DNA of 64,000 nucleotides, from assembly GCA_949294555.1 (NCBI GenBank), contig CASFHP010000004.1:31635-95634 (forward strand). The letters are read 5' to 3'. Numbering within the stretch: the stretch's first letter is position 1; each line of letters opens with the position of its first letter. Shown here piece after piece: positions 1-10,022 of this stretch. The position numbers and the translations under genes were made by a program. The notes beneath the pieces were generated by a model. It worked only from the letters and a program-made list of their open reading frames with translations. It did no database searches and had not been told where the DNA came from. This stretch comes from an uncultured Eubacteriales bacterium (lineage in GTDB: Bacteria; Bacillota; Clostridia; TANB77; CAG-508).

Positions 1-2
1 AA

Positions 3-488
3 GATGATGAAATGTTTATGAGAAATGTATCTGAATGTAAACGATTAGGTATTCCTTATGGTGTATATATTTATTCATATGCAGTAGATACAGATAAGGC
101 AGTATCAGAAGCAGAACATGTAAGAAGATTACTAACACAAGCTGGAGATTATACAACACCAGAATATGGAATTTGGTTTGATATGGAATCAGATGGCTAT
201 AAAGCAGATTACAATGTTACAGATGAAATGTATAGAGAAATTGCCCATACATTTATTAGTGAAATGAATAGATTTGGGTATAATAATATTGGTATCTATG
301 CTAACTTAAATTGGTGGACAACTGTTTTAAATGACGAAAGCCTAGACCAATATCCAAAATGGGTAGCTCAACATAATACACATTGTGACTATCAAAAAGA
401 TTATATTATGTGGCAATATACAAGTGATGGTTCTGTAAATGGAATTTCAGGAAGCGTGGATATGGATTATTATTATTGTTACAGATAA
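3..488 (+). CDS. GH25-family muramidase (lysozyme), C-terminal part; the 5' end lies outside the window
   Basis: The frame is open from the window edge. Motifs GIPYGVYIYSYA, WFDME and MWQYTSDGSVNGISGSVDMD are typical of glycoside hydrolase family 25 catalytic domains. Confidence 0.8.
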   Translation, partial: DDEMFMRNVSECKRLGIPYGVYIYSYAVDTDKAVSEAEHVRRLLTQAGDYTTPEYGIWFDMESDGYKADYNVTDEMYREIAHTFISEMNRFGYNNIGIYANLNWWTTVLNDESLDQYPKWVAQHNTHCDYQKDYIMWQYTSDGSVNGISGSVDMDYYYCYR

Positions 489-511
489 AACAATTTAAAT
501 AGGGGAAAAAT

Positions 512-586
512 ATGTGGATACTTTATATAATTTCAATTATTATATTATATATACTATTATTGATATTTAAAAAAAATCGGAAATAA
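512..586 (+). CDS. Candidate 24-aa single-TM micropeptide
   Basis: ATG 512 has an AGGGGA SD about 7 nt upstream. It encodes MWILYIISIIILYILLLIFKKNRK, and its stop lies 1 nt before the next start. It is below the ORF-track cutoff and could be chance in AT-rich DNA. Confidence 0.25.
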   Translation: MWILYIISIIILYILLLIFKKNRK

Positions 587-587
587 A

Positions 588-2306
588 ATGAATTTGCTTT
601 TATGGGCAGCATTAACTGTTGTATTTATATTATGTTACAATGTATTTATATGTTATATATATAGTATTATAAAAATACCTTGCAATTTAATAAGTTTGAC
701 AATTTTTAATTTTATAGTAAGCTTTTCAATTCTTCTAGGAATTAGAAAACAAAAAACAATACAAAAATTTTTTATAAGAAAATCGGATATTGCCGTAATA
801 TTTCTATTTCTTATAATTGTAATTGTTATTGCCAATATACATTTTGGTGGATTTCCATTTGAATTGAATTATGAATCAACAGATCCTGCTACACATTATA
901 CGGCTGCAAGAGAATTTTATAAATCTTCTACATTATTAAATAATGTAGAAGATACAACTATTTTTAATTTTAAAACAATGATGCCAATTTCGTATGTTAA
1001 TACAGGAATAACGTTCATGATAGCAGAAAACTTCTTAGAAGAATATCAATTTTATAATATTTATGTATTGATAGATTTGTTTATTCTTTTTGTGTCAGGA
1101 TTATTGATATATAGTTATCTTAAATTGTTTGCGAAAAACTATAAATTTAATATAATTGTAATTCTATTTTCAATATTATATTTACTGGCATATCAATTAA
1201 ACAGCTTGATATTTGGATATGCATATTTATCAGTTAGCTTGAATATTATCATTTCTATATTTATCATGATGAAATTAAAAGATAATCTAAAGTTTGGTTT
1301 GTGGACAACAATTATGTTTTTGTTAAATTTTGGATTGTTTTTTGGATATTATTTCTTTGTGCCTGTTGTCTATGCATCAGAAGGAATTTTCTTATTGTTA
1401 AATATGATAAAAAATAGAAAGAAAGAACCAATATTAAGATTTAAAAATTGTATTTGTATTTTTATTACATTAATTCTTCCAACAATATTGGGATTTATAT
1501 ATTTTGTTTTACCTGAAATAGGAAAAAGTAGTGAATTAATTGCTGTAGACGGATATATATATAAAGAATTATATGGGGATTTACTATTTTATATTCCTTT
1601 TGTACTATTCTATATTATCTATCATATAAAACATAAAAAAATTGATTTTAATTTTATAAGTTTAATAATAGGTATGTTGTATGCATTTACTCTTTTTATA
1701 GGAGGAATAGGATTTAACAAAGTATCTTCATATTATTTTTATAAAACATATTATTTTCTGTATATACCAATTATTATTACTACTTGTAATTGTATATATA
1801 TTTTATGGAAAGAAGAAAAAAGTAGAGTTTTGACTAGTGTTATATTGGCTGTGTATATTGGAGGGCTAGTATGGAATGTTTTAGGAATAGATATAAAATT
1901 GCAAAACAGAAATCCAAAATTCAATCCTGAAACTAGAAGTGCACAGATTTTTCCAATATATAATTACAACTGGGAAAAAATGCATACAAGTGAGAAAATT
2001 TGCACAAAGGATATGTTAGATATCATTTATTATTATGGTAATTTAATTGATGATAATAAAGAATCTGTTATGATAAAAGGAAATAACAGATTACAGAGAT
2101 GGATGTATGCTTTATTTGGGGTTACACATCATAATAACTATTTAGAATTTTCAGAACCTAGTATATGGAATACAACTGAAGATTGGATACAATCAGATAA
2201 GCAATATTTAATAGCGTTTTATGAAGAAAAATTAACACTAGATAATCAAGAAAAATATGAAATTATATTAATGAACGATGATGGATGTATTTTAAAAAGA
2301 AAATAA
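588..2306 (+). CDS. Polytopic membrane protein of the polysaccharide locus (possible polymerase or GT-C-type enzyme)
   Basis: 572-aa ORF with many hydrophobic helices and a roughly 130-aa soluble C-terminus. The function is suggested only by its position at the head of the glycosyltransferase cluster; no named motif was recognised. Confidence 0.6.
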   Translation: MNLLLWAALTVVFILCYNVFICYIYSIIKIPCNLISLTIFNFIVSFSILLGIRKQKTIQKFFIRKSDIAVIFLFLIIVIVIANIHFGGFPFELNYESTDPATHYTAAREFYKSSTLLNNVEDTTIFNFKTMMPISYVNTGITFMIAENFLEEYQFYNIYVLIDLFILFVSGLLIYSYLKLFAKNYKFNIIVILFSILYLLAYQLNSLIFGYAYLSVSLNIIISIFIMMKLKDNLKFGLWTTIMFLLNFGLFFGYYFFVPVVYASEGIFLLLNMIKNRKKEPILRFKNCICIFITLILPTILGFIYFVLPEIGKSSELIAVDGYIYKELYGDLLFYIPFVLFYIIYHIKHKKIDFNFISLIIGMLYAFTLFIGGIGFNKVSSYYFYKTYYFLYIPIIITTCNCIYILWKEEKSRVLTSVILAVYIGGLVWNVLGIDIKLQNRNPKFNPETRSAQIFPIYNYNWEKMHTSEKICTKDMLDIIYYYGNLIDDNKESVMIKGNNRLQRWMYALFGVTHHNNYLEFSEPSIWNTTEDWIQSDKQYLIAFYEEKLTLDNQEKYEIILMNDDGCILKRK

Positions 2307-2355
2307 TATATGATTTTAATTTTTATAGTAAAAATTGTAAGAATGGGAGAAAAAG

Positions 2356-3054
2356 ATGAATAAAGATGTACTTATAGTTGTACCAGCATATAATGAAGAA
2401 AAAAATATAGAAAACACAATAAAAGATATAAAAGAAAATACAGCATATGATTATGTTATTATCAATGATTGTTCAACAGATAGTACAAAACAAATTTGTG
2501 AAAAAAATAAATTCAATCTAATAACATTACCGATAAATTCAGGACTAAGTAATGTTATTAGATTGGGAATGAAATATGCATATGAAGAAGGATATCAAAT
2601 TGTTTTACAATTTGATGGAGATGGACAACATGAAGCCAAATATATCAATATACTAGTAGATGAAATAAAAAATAATAATTGTGATATTGCAATAGGTTCA
2701 AGATTTTTGGAAGAAAAAAAGAAGAAAAATATAAGAATGATTGGTAGCAAGTTAATTTCTTTAGCAATAAAATTGACTACAGGAATAACGATAAAGGATC
2801 CTACATCAGGAATGAGAGCATATGGAAAAAAAGCAATTTATGAGTTTAATAAAAATTTGCATTTGGCGCCAGAGCCAGAGACATTAGTATATATGATAAA
2901 AAATAATATTACAATAAAGGAAATTCAAGTAAAAATGAAAGAAAGACAATACGGTGCAAGCTATTTAACATCGTTAAAATCTATAGAGTATATGTTAGAT
3001 ACATTATTTTCAATATTTTTTATACGAAATAGAAGAAGTAAGAAGGAGAAATGA
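2356..3054 (+). CDS. Family 2 glycosyltransferase (GT-A fold)
   Basis: The N-terminal VVPAYNEEKNI...INDCSTDST and the FDGDGQH (DxD-type) motif are present, with a good SD GGGAGAAAAAG. Confidence 0.85.
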   Translation: MNKDVLIVVPAYNEEKNIENTIKDIKENTAYDYVIINDCSTDSTKQICEKNKFNLITLPINSGLSNVIRLGMKYAYEEGYQIVLQFDGDGQHEAKYINILVDEIKNNNCDIAIGSRFLEEKKKKNIRMIGSKLISLAIKLTTGITIKDPTSGMRAYGKKAIYEFNKNLHLAPEPETLVYMIKNNITIKEIQVKMKERQYGASYLTSLKSIEYMLDTLFSIFFIRNRRSKKEK

Positions 3055-3413
3055 AAATGTCTATAACATTGAGAATAATTTTAATAATAGGATCTATTAT
3101 ATTATTTCTATTATGTTTAAAAAAGATGAGAAAATCAGAATTAAAAATAACAAATGGCGTTATGTGGATGTTTGGAAGTTTGATTTTAATATTAATGAGT
3201 ATTTTTTCTGACGCAGTAGGAATTATTTCTCAAAAAATAGGGTTCATGGCACCTGTTAATTTTGTCTTTTTAATTATTATCTTATTTTTACTAATTCAAG
3301 TATTTCTAATGAATTTGAAAATAGTAGTGTTAACAGATAAAATTAACCAAATTAATCAATATATTGTATTGATGAAGACAAAATTAGAAAAAGATGGAGA
3401 AGATCATAAATGA
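3051..3413 (+). CDS. Small 3-4 TM membrane protein, DUF2304-like partner of the upstream GT2
   Basis: 120 aa, overlapping the GT2 stop by 4 nt. Its size, topology and pairing with a GT2 fit DUF2304-type proteins. ATG 3057 has better SD spacing than ATG 3051. Confidence 0.6.
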   Translation: MKMSITLRIILIIGSIILFLLCLKKMRKSELKITNGVMWMFGSLILILMSIFSDAVGIISQKIGFMAPVNFVFLIIILFLLIQVFLMNLKIVVLTDKINQINQYIVLMKTKLEKDGEDHK

Positions 3414-4538
3414 AAACAATAGCTTTATTTTCTGGATATTATTTACCACATATTGGGGGTGTAGAACGATATACATATAATTTGGCACAACAGTTTAAAA
3501 TGATGGGATATAGAGTTATTGTTGTCACTACGCAATATGATACTGCATTAAGTAGTGTCGAGGAATCTGAAATTTGTAAAATATATAGATTACCAATATA
3601 TAGAATTTTTAGCAAAAGATATCCTGTTTTAAAAGTAAATATGAAATATTTTAATATGATAAAGCAATTGAAAAGTGAAAATATTGATTCAATTATTATA
3701 AATACTAGATTTTGGCTTACATCATTACTTGGTTCACACATATCAAAAAAATGGAATATTCCTGCATTTGTAATAGAACATGGTACATCTCATTTTACTG
3801 TAGGAAATAAATTTCTTGATAGATTAGGACATTTCTATGAACATAAAATCACAAAAGCAATAAAGAAAAATATAGTGGATTTTTATGGGGTTTCTAGGGA
3901 AGCAACTATATGGTTGAAGCATTTTAAGATTGAAGCAAAGGGTATTTTATATAATGCAATAGATAAAGGAGAGTATAAAGCGTTTGAAAAATATCTACAA
4001 AAAGAAGAGAACAGAATAATAATTACATATATTGGTAGGATGGTAGAAGAAAAAGGGATTTTAAATTTAATACAAGCCTATAAAAAAATTTCTGACAAAT
4101 ATCCTTATACAGAATTAATATTAGCAGGAAAAGGTACTCTATTAAAAAAAATAGAAAAAGAAAATAGTAATGATAAAAAAATAAAAATATTGGGAGAGAT
4201 ATCTCATGAGCAAGTTATGAAGTTATTAGGAAAAACAAATATATTTGTGAATCCATCTTGGTCAGAAGGATTACCAACTTCTATTTTGGAAGCAGGATTA
4301 ATGAAATGCGCAGTTTTAGCTACACGGGGTAGGAGGAACAACTGAAATTATATGTAATCCCAAATTAGGAATTATTTGCAATAAGGAAATAGAGGATTTA
4401 TCAAATAAATTAGAATATTTAATTTTAAATAAAAATAAATTAAATATAATGGGAGAAGAATTACATAAACATGTTTTAGAAAATTTCACTTGGGAGGAGA
4501 CTGCAAGTAAAATAATAGATATAATGAAATTTAAATAG
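3410..4538 (+). pseudogene. GT4 (GT-B fold) glycosyltransferase interrupted by a 1-nt frameshift
   Basis: ORF 3410-4345 carries EGLPTSILEAGLMKCAVLAT and then stops. The adjacent frame continues GVGGTTEIICNP...FTWEETASKIIDIMKFK* to 4538, which is the normal GT4 C-terminus. The shift maps to the GGGG run at 4326-4329. Confidence 0.75.
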
Positions 4539-4550
4539 GAGAGAAATAAA

Positions 4551-5774
4551 GTGAAAAAATCGCATTTTATTTGGAATATGTTTGGAACAATAATTGCTTC
4601 ATGTTTAAGTTCCATTTTATTATTAATAGTTGTAAGAATTAATGGTGTAGAAATTGCCGGTATATTTTCAATTGCATTTGCAACATCAGTTATATTGAAT
4701 GCAGTAGGTGATTTTGGAATTAGAATTTTACAAGTTACAGATATTAAACAGCAATATACCTTTGGAGAGTATATGGCTTTAAGAATTATTGTTGTTTTTG
4801 TTATGATTGTATTAGGGATAATATTTATTATTGTTTCTCATTATGATATAGATAAAGCGTATATATTATTCTTTTTGATATTATTTAGAGCAGTTGATAA
4901 CTTTAGTGAAAGCTATCAAGCACAATTTCAATTGTCAAATAGATTGGATTTAGCTGGAAAAACATTGATTATTAGAAATAGTATATCATGTGTTGCATTT
5001 TTTCTTGTAGACATTTTAACACATAATATTATTATATCGACACTTGCATTATTTATTACAAATCTTATTTTGTTGGGATTATTAGATTATAGGTGGAAAA
5101 AACATTTTGTTAAAGACAAAATACACTTTACAAAAGAAAAATGTATTGAAATACTCAAAGAAGCTTTACCTGTATGTATATCAACAATTTTAGCACTATA
5201 TTTAACAAATGCTGTTAAATATGCTATTGACTTAGTTGGAAATAATGAAATGCAAACATATTATAATATTATATATCTACCAGCTTTTACAATTAATTTG
5301 TTAAGTACTTGCATTATGAAACCAATTTTAAAACTTTTGGCAGAATCTTTCGAACAGGGAGATATGAAAAAATTAGTAACATTAATTCTAAAGGTTATTT
5401 TACTAACATTTGGAGCCACAATCGTTATCATTTTGATATGTATGACAATTGGTATACCTATATTAGAATATATTTTTGGATTAAAATTGGATAATTATCG
5501 AAATGAATTTGTCATTTTATTAGTATCAGGATTTTTCTATTCTGTATCTATATTATTGTTCTATGCATTATCTACTATAAGGAAGCAGAAATGGACAATA
5601 TATGTATATATGTGTGTCAGTGTCTTAGCATATTTTCTTACAAAAATATTCGTAAGAGAATTGCAAATGACAGGGGCTGCATTGGGAAATATTACGATAA
5701 ATTGTTTATTAGTTGTTGCTTTAGGAATATTATTTATTATATTTATCAAAAAAAGAAGGAGAATTTCAACATAG
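4551..5774 (+). CDS. Wzx/MOP-type polysaccharide flippase
   Basis: 407 aa with about 12 TM helices. It has a GTG start with an AGGAGAG SD 7 nt upstream. The call rests on topology and locus context. Confidence 0.7.
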   Translation: MKKSHFIWNMFGTIIASCLSSILLLIVVRINGVEIAGIFSIAFATSVILNAVGDFGIRILQVTDIKQQYTFGEYMALRIIVVFVMIVLGIIFIIVSHYDIDKAYILFFLILFRAVDNFSESYQAQFQLSNRLDLAGKTLIIRNSISCVAFFLVDILTHNIIISTLALFITNLILLGLLDYRWKKHFVKDKIHFTKEKCIEILKEALPVCISTILALYLTNAVKYAIDLVGNNEMQTYYNIIYLPAFTINLLSTCIMKPILKLLAESFEQGDMKKLVTLILKVILLTFGATIVIILICMTIGIPILEYIFGLKLDNYRNEFVILLVSGFFYSVSILLFYALSTIRKQKWTIYVYMCVSVLAYFLTKIFVRELQMTGAALGNITINCLLVVALGILFIIFIKKRRRIST

Positions 5775-5783
5775 GAATTCTCC

Positions 5784-6953
5784 TTAAGATTTTTCTTTTT
5801 TCAAGTAAAGACGGAAAAATGTTTTTGTTTTTCTAATTAAAATCCTAGGTAGAGAAATTAGCTTTTTAACGCACCATATAAGTTTATTTTTTATGCTAAT
5901 AAAAAAGTTTTTTACAGAATTTTTGGCTTTTTCAAAAAATGCAGATATTTTGTCATAATGTTTATAATACGATAACCATTTTATAATGGCTTTTGTATTT
6001 TCTTGTTTAATTAATCCTAATAAATGTTTTCTATGAAGGTCTTTTAAAAAATCTTTTACATATGTATTTTGATAAAGGTCTTCTCCAAACATAGTATTTA
6101 TTTTTTTACAAAAGATAGGTATCAAATGTTCCTGCTCTTTTTTAGACAAATCACTGATAGGGTAAATAAGCAATGCTAATATTTGGTGTGTATATAAAGA
6201 GGTTTTTATTTGTAATTGAACCTCTTCTGGTAAAGTTTTGGCATATTCAAAACAAATTTTAGCTGTGTCAAAAATAACAAATCGTTTTTCGCTAAAAGTA
6301 TTATTTTGAATAGAACCAGCTCTTTGATAATATTTATAAAAAGGTTTATCAATTTTACATATTTTTTTAGCTTGTGCAACCAAAATAGGGGTAATAGCAA
6401 CATCTTCATTGTTTAGTCCTACTGGAAACTTAGCACCTTCATATAATTCTTTTTTTACCAATTTATTACAAGAAGTCGCCATAAGTGGTGTATCAATTAA
6501 TCTAAAAAAGTCGTCTGTTCGTTTTATATTGGTACAATGGCTATAAATCGTATGTCCATCATCAAAAACTTGCTCGACATCACAATAAACAACATCTGCA
6601 TTTTCTTTTAATGCTAAAGCAAGCATTTCTTTATGCATATTGCTATCTACATAATCATCAGAATCAACAAAAGTGATATACTTTCCAGTTGCTTTTGCAA
6701 TACCATAGTTTTTAGTGTCTGACAAACCACCATTTTCTTTTTTATAATATTTCAAAACATTTGGATATCGTTTTTCAAATTTTTTAATAATATATTCTGA
6801 ATTATCTGGAGAACCATCATTAATTACCAAAACTTCTGTATTTTCTGGTACATTTTTTAAAACACTGTTTAAACATTTTTCAATATATTTTTCTGTATTA
6901 TATACAGGAATGATGATAGAAAGATTATTGGTTGTTTTGCTCTTCAATTTCAA
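5784..6953 (-). CDS. Family 2 glycosyltransferase (N-type paralogue)
   Basis: Motifs LSIIIPVYNTEKYIEKCLNSV, INDGSPDNS and DSDDY are present. It has a TTG start behind a GAGGAGG SD and overlaps the upstream gene by 29 nt. Confidence 0.85.
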   Translation of the reverse strand: MKLKSKTTNNLSIIIPVYNTEKYIEKCLNSVLKNVPENTEVLVINDGSPDNSEYIIKKFEKRYPNVLKYYKKENGGLSDTKNYGIAKATGKYITFVDSDDYVDSNMHKEMLALALKENADVVYCDVEQVFDDGHTIYSHCTNIKRTDDFFRLIDTPLMATSCNKLVKKELYEGAKFPVGLNNEDVAITPILVAQAKKICKIDKPFYKYYQRAGSIQNNTFSEKRFVIFDTAKICFEYAKTLPEEVQLQIKTSLYTHQILALLIYPISDLSKKEQEHLIPIFCKKINTMFGEDLYQNTYVKDFLKDLHRKHLLGLIKQENTKAIIKWLSYYKHYDKISAFFEKAKNSVKNFFISIKNKLIWCVKKLISLPRILIRKTKTFFRLYLKKEKS

Positions 6954-7869
6954 AACACCTCCTCTTATCAGCTCTCCTTTTCATTACACGTTCTTTTACC
7001 TCTTCTGATAGTGTAACTCTCTTCATAATATCATCTTGAATTCTACAAATTTCCTCATATTCTTGTTTGGCAGAAGTTGTTAAAGTAACAGATTTACTTT
7101 GCATACGATGATAATTTAAAGACGTTTTGCAATAATGAATATCGCCATGTTCTAATACTTTTGTATAGAAATACCAGTCACCAGCCAATCGGAATGTTTG
7201 AGCTGTTTTTAACATTTCTTCAAAATTTACAGAAGGTAATTTCCTAAAAACAGCACCAGAAACATTAGCAATGGTATTATTAATACATAATGTACTTGCA
7301 AGTTCCATATCGCCTGTATTATCATAATCTTCATTCCATTTGCCAGTTTGGAAAATATCAATCCATTCACGTAAATCCTTCATTAAAATAACATTATTCT
7401 CATCCATAGTTAATGATTCACAATAAGATAAAATGGTATTAGGATTGTCAAAACCTTTCATAACATTTTCTAAAAATAGGGGAGAACAACTATCATCAGC
7501 CTCACAAATCCATAAAAAGTCCCCAGTAGAATATTTAAAAGCATTTTGCCAGCCACAGAAAACATTTCCGCTATTGGTCTCTCTTTTAATAAAAGACACT
7601 TTCAAATCAGGATATTTTTTTTGCACCTTTTTTAATTTTTTATCAATAACCTCTACACTATTATCTGTAGATTTATCATCAATAATAACCAATTCATAAA
7701 TTGGGTAAGTTTGTTGTAAAATAGAATCAATTCTCTCAATAATATAATTGGCATAATTGTAGTTTGGAATAACTGCAGATACTTTTTTAAGGTTGTCTAG
7801 AACTAATTTTTTTGGTACATTTTTATAAATATTTACTTTTTCTTTAAATAAGTTCTTAAAATTCAACAT
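6925..7869 (-). CDS. Family 2 glycosyltransferase (C-type paralogue)
   Basis: Motifs VIPNYNYANYIIERIDSILQQT, IIDDKSTDNS and CEADD are present. The start is moved to ATG 7869 (MLNFKNLF), which has an AGGAGCAAATT SD; the track start at 7929 lacks one. Confidence 0.8.
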   Translation of the reverse strand: MLNFKNLFKEKVNIYKNVPKKLVLDNLKKVSAVIPNYNYANYIIERIDSILQQTYPIYELVIIDDKSTDNSVEVIDKKLKKVQKKYPDLKVSFIKRETNSGNVFCGWQNAFKYSTGDFLWICEADDSCSPLFLENVMKGFDNPNTILSYCESLTMDENNVILMKDLREWIDIFQTGKWNEDYDNTGDMELASTLCINNTIANVSGAVFRKLPSVNFEEMLKTAQTFRLAGDWYFYTKVLEHGDIHYCKTSLNYHRMQSKSVTLTTSAKQEYEEICRIQDDIMKRVTLSEEVKERVMKRRADKRRCFEIEEQNNQ

Positions 7870-8016
7870 AATTTGCTCCTTTTTTTCTAAAATCAAAGAA
7901 ATTATAACATAGCAAAAAAAAGTAGTCAATCAAAGTTTTTAAATAATACGATTGCTTTTTATATACAAGTTTGATATACTGTTCAAAGTAAAAGGGAACA
8001 AAAAAGGAGATAAAAA

Positions 8017-9993
8017 ATGATACAGCCAAAATTAACAATTATTGTACCTTGCTATAATGTTGAAAAATATGTCGAAAAAAGTATCAACAGTATTTTAGAA
8101 CAAACATATGAGCCAATAAAAATCATTGCAATAGATGATTGTTCAACAGATAAGACATATTCAAAAATAAAAGATATACAAACCAAGTATCCAGATAAAA
8201 TGACAGTTTATCAAAATGAAGAAAATAAAGGTCTTGCATATACCAGAAACAGAGGAATTCAATTAGCAGATAGTGAATATATAGGGTTTATTGATTCTGA
8301 TGATTATATTGATAAACAATATTATGAAAAATTAATGGGAGTTCTAGTGAAAAACGAAGCAGAAATCACAATTGCAGATATGCAATTAGTAGATGAAAAT
8401 GGAGAACCATTAGGAGATGTACAAAGAGGAATAAATCTAGAGGAAACAGATATAAAAAAAGCAGCCATTGACAATGGATTAGCAGCTTCTGCTTGTAACA
8501 AAGTATTTAAAAAGTCATTAATTAAAAACTACTTATTTTTAGAAGGAAAAATTAATGAAGATATTTGTTCTGTCATTCCTGCTGTGCTACATGCCAAAAA
8601 ACTTGCATATACAAACGAAGTGGCATATTATTATGTACAGAGAAATACTTCTATACAAAATTCTACATTTTCAGAAAAGAGATTTGACATTTTTGATTCT
8701 GTAGAATTAACATTTGAGAGAATTAAGGATTTAAAAGATGTACAAGCATATCAATCTATCATTTTATACCATCAAATCTTAATGTTATATGTGTTTGTTA
8801 TTACAACACTAGAAAATATAAAGGATAGACAAAAATATTTGAAACTTTTTATAAAAAAAGAGCAAAATATCAAAATCGAAAAACAAGCATGTGTCAAAAG
8901 GTATTTAGACACAAGAGGAAGATGGGGAAGAATTTACTGGAAACTCGTAATTGGTCTATTACGATTAAAATCAGCAACACTAATAAATTGTATCATCACA
9001 ATTGGAAAACAAATTGTAAAGTTTAAGAAAAAAATAATGGATAAAGAAGGAAAATGTGTCATAAAAGAAAATTTAGGAATGGAAGATTTGGTAAAAGCAG
9101 CTAAAGAACAGAAGAGAAAAAAAGAAAGCAAACTGCATATATCTGTAGTTGTTCCAAATTATAATTATGAAAAATTTTTAATAGAACGAATATATAGTAT
9201 ATTATATCAAACAGAAAAGATTAGTGAATTGATTATTTTAGATGATTGTTCAAAAGACAATAGTCGAAAATTAATTGATGACATTGTAGAAAATATAAAA
9301 GATTATATACCTGTTAGAAAAGTATATAATGAAGAAAATTCAGGAATTGCTTTTAAACAATGGCAAAAAGGGTTTAAACTAGCTCAAGGAGATTATGTTT
9401 GGATTGCAGAAGCAGATGATTATTGTGACAAACATTTAATGAAAGCATTAGTGAAAAACATAAAAAAAGATAAAGATATTGTCATTAGTTATGCAGATAC
9501 TTCTTTTATAGATAAAGACGGAAAAATATTTTTGAAATCGATAGAACCAGAAATTGATATTCGAAAAACAAACCATTGGAAACATTCTTATATCAATAAA
9601 GGAACAGATGAATTAAATAATTATACATTTTTAAATTGCACAATTGCCAATGTATCATCTACATTAATTAAAAAAGGAAATTATGATACCTTTTTTGATA
9701 AAGCCATACAATATCGACAATCAGGAGATTGGGTGTTATATGCACATTTAATGACATTAGGAGATGTTGCTTATGTCAATAAACCATTAAACAATTATCG
9801 TGTTCATGGAAATAACATTACAAGTACGATGAAAAAACAAAAACACCTGGAAGAAATTAAACGTATTCATAAAGGAATGGAAGAATTGACAAGTATTACC
9901 GCATGGCACAAAAAAGAATTTCAAAAGCGCTATGATTTTTTAATAAAAGCATGGCAATTGGAGAAAGAAAACCAAAAGGAATTAGAACAATAA
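8017..9993 (+). CDS. Bifunctional glycosyltransferase with two GT2 domains
   Basis: The N-domain has IIVPCYNVEKYVEKSINSIL, IDDCSTDKT and DSDDY. The C-domain has VVVPNYNYEKFLIERIYSIL, LDDCSKDNS and AEADD. Confidence 0.85.
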   Translation: MIQPKLTIIVPCYNVEKYVEKSINSILEQTYEPIKIIAIDDCSTDKTYSKIKDIQTKYPDKMTVYQNEENKGLAYTRNRGIQLADSEYIGFIDSDDYIDKQYYEKLMGVLVKNEAEITIADMQLVDENGEPLGDVQRGINLEETDIKKAAIDNGLAASACNKVFKKSLIKNYLFLEGKINEDICSVIPAVLHAKKLAYTNEVAYYYVQRNTSIQNSTFSEKRFDIFDSVELTFERIKDLKDVQAYQSIILYHQILMLYVFVITTLENIKDRQKYLKLFIKKEQNIKIEKQACVKRYLDTRGRWGRIYWKLVIGLLRLKSATLINCIITIGKQIVKFKKKIMDKEGKCVIKENLGMEDLVKAAKEQKRKKESKLHISVVVPNYNYEKFLIERIYSILYQTEKISELIILDDCSKDNSRKLIDDIVENIKDYIPVRKVYNEENSGIAFKQWQKGFKLAQGDYVWIAEADDYCDKHLMKALVKNIKKDKDIVISYADTSFIDKDGKIFLKSIEPEIDIRKTNHWKHSYINKGTDELNNYTFLNCTIANVSSTLIKKGNYDTFFDKAIQYRQSGDWVLYAHLMTLGDVAYVNKPLNNYRVHGNNITSTMKKQKHLEEIKRIHKGMEELTSITAWHKKEFQKRYDFLIKAWQLEKENQKELEQ

Positions 9994-10022
9994 AGGATAA
10001 ATAGAATTTAGGAGGAGCAAGT

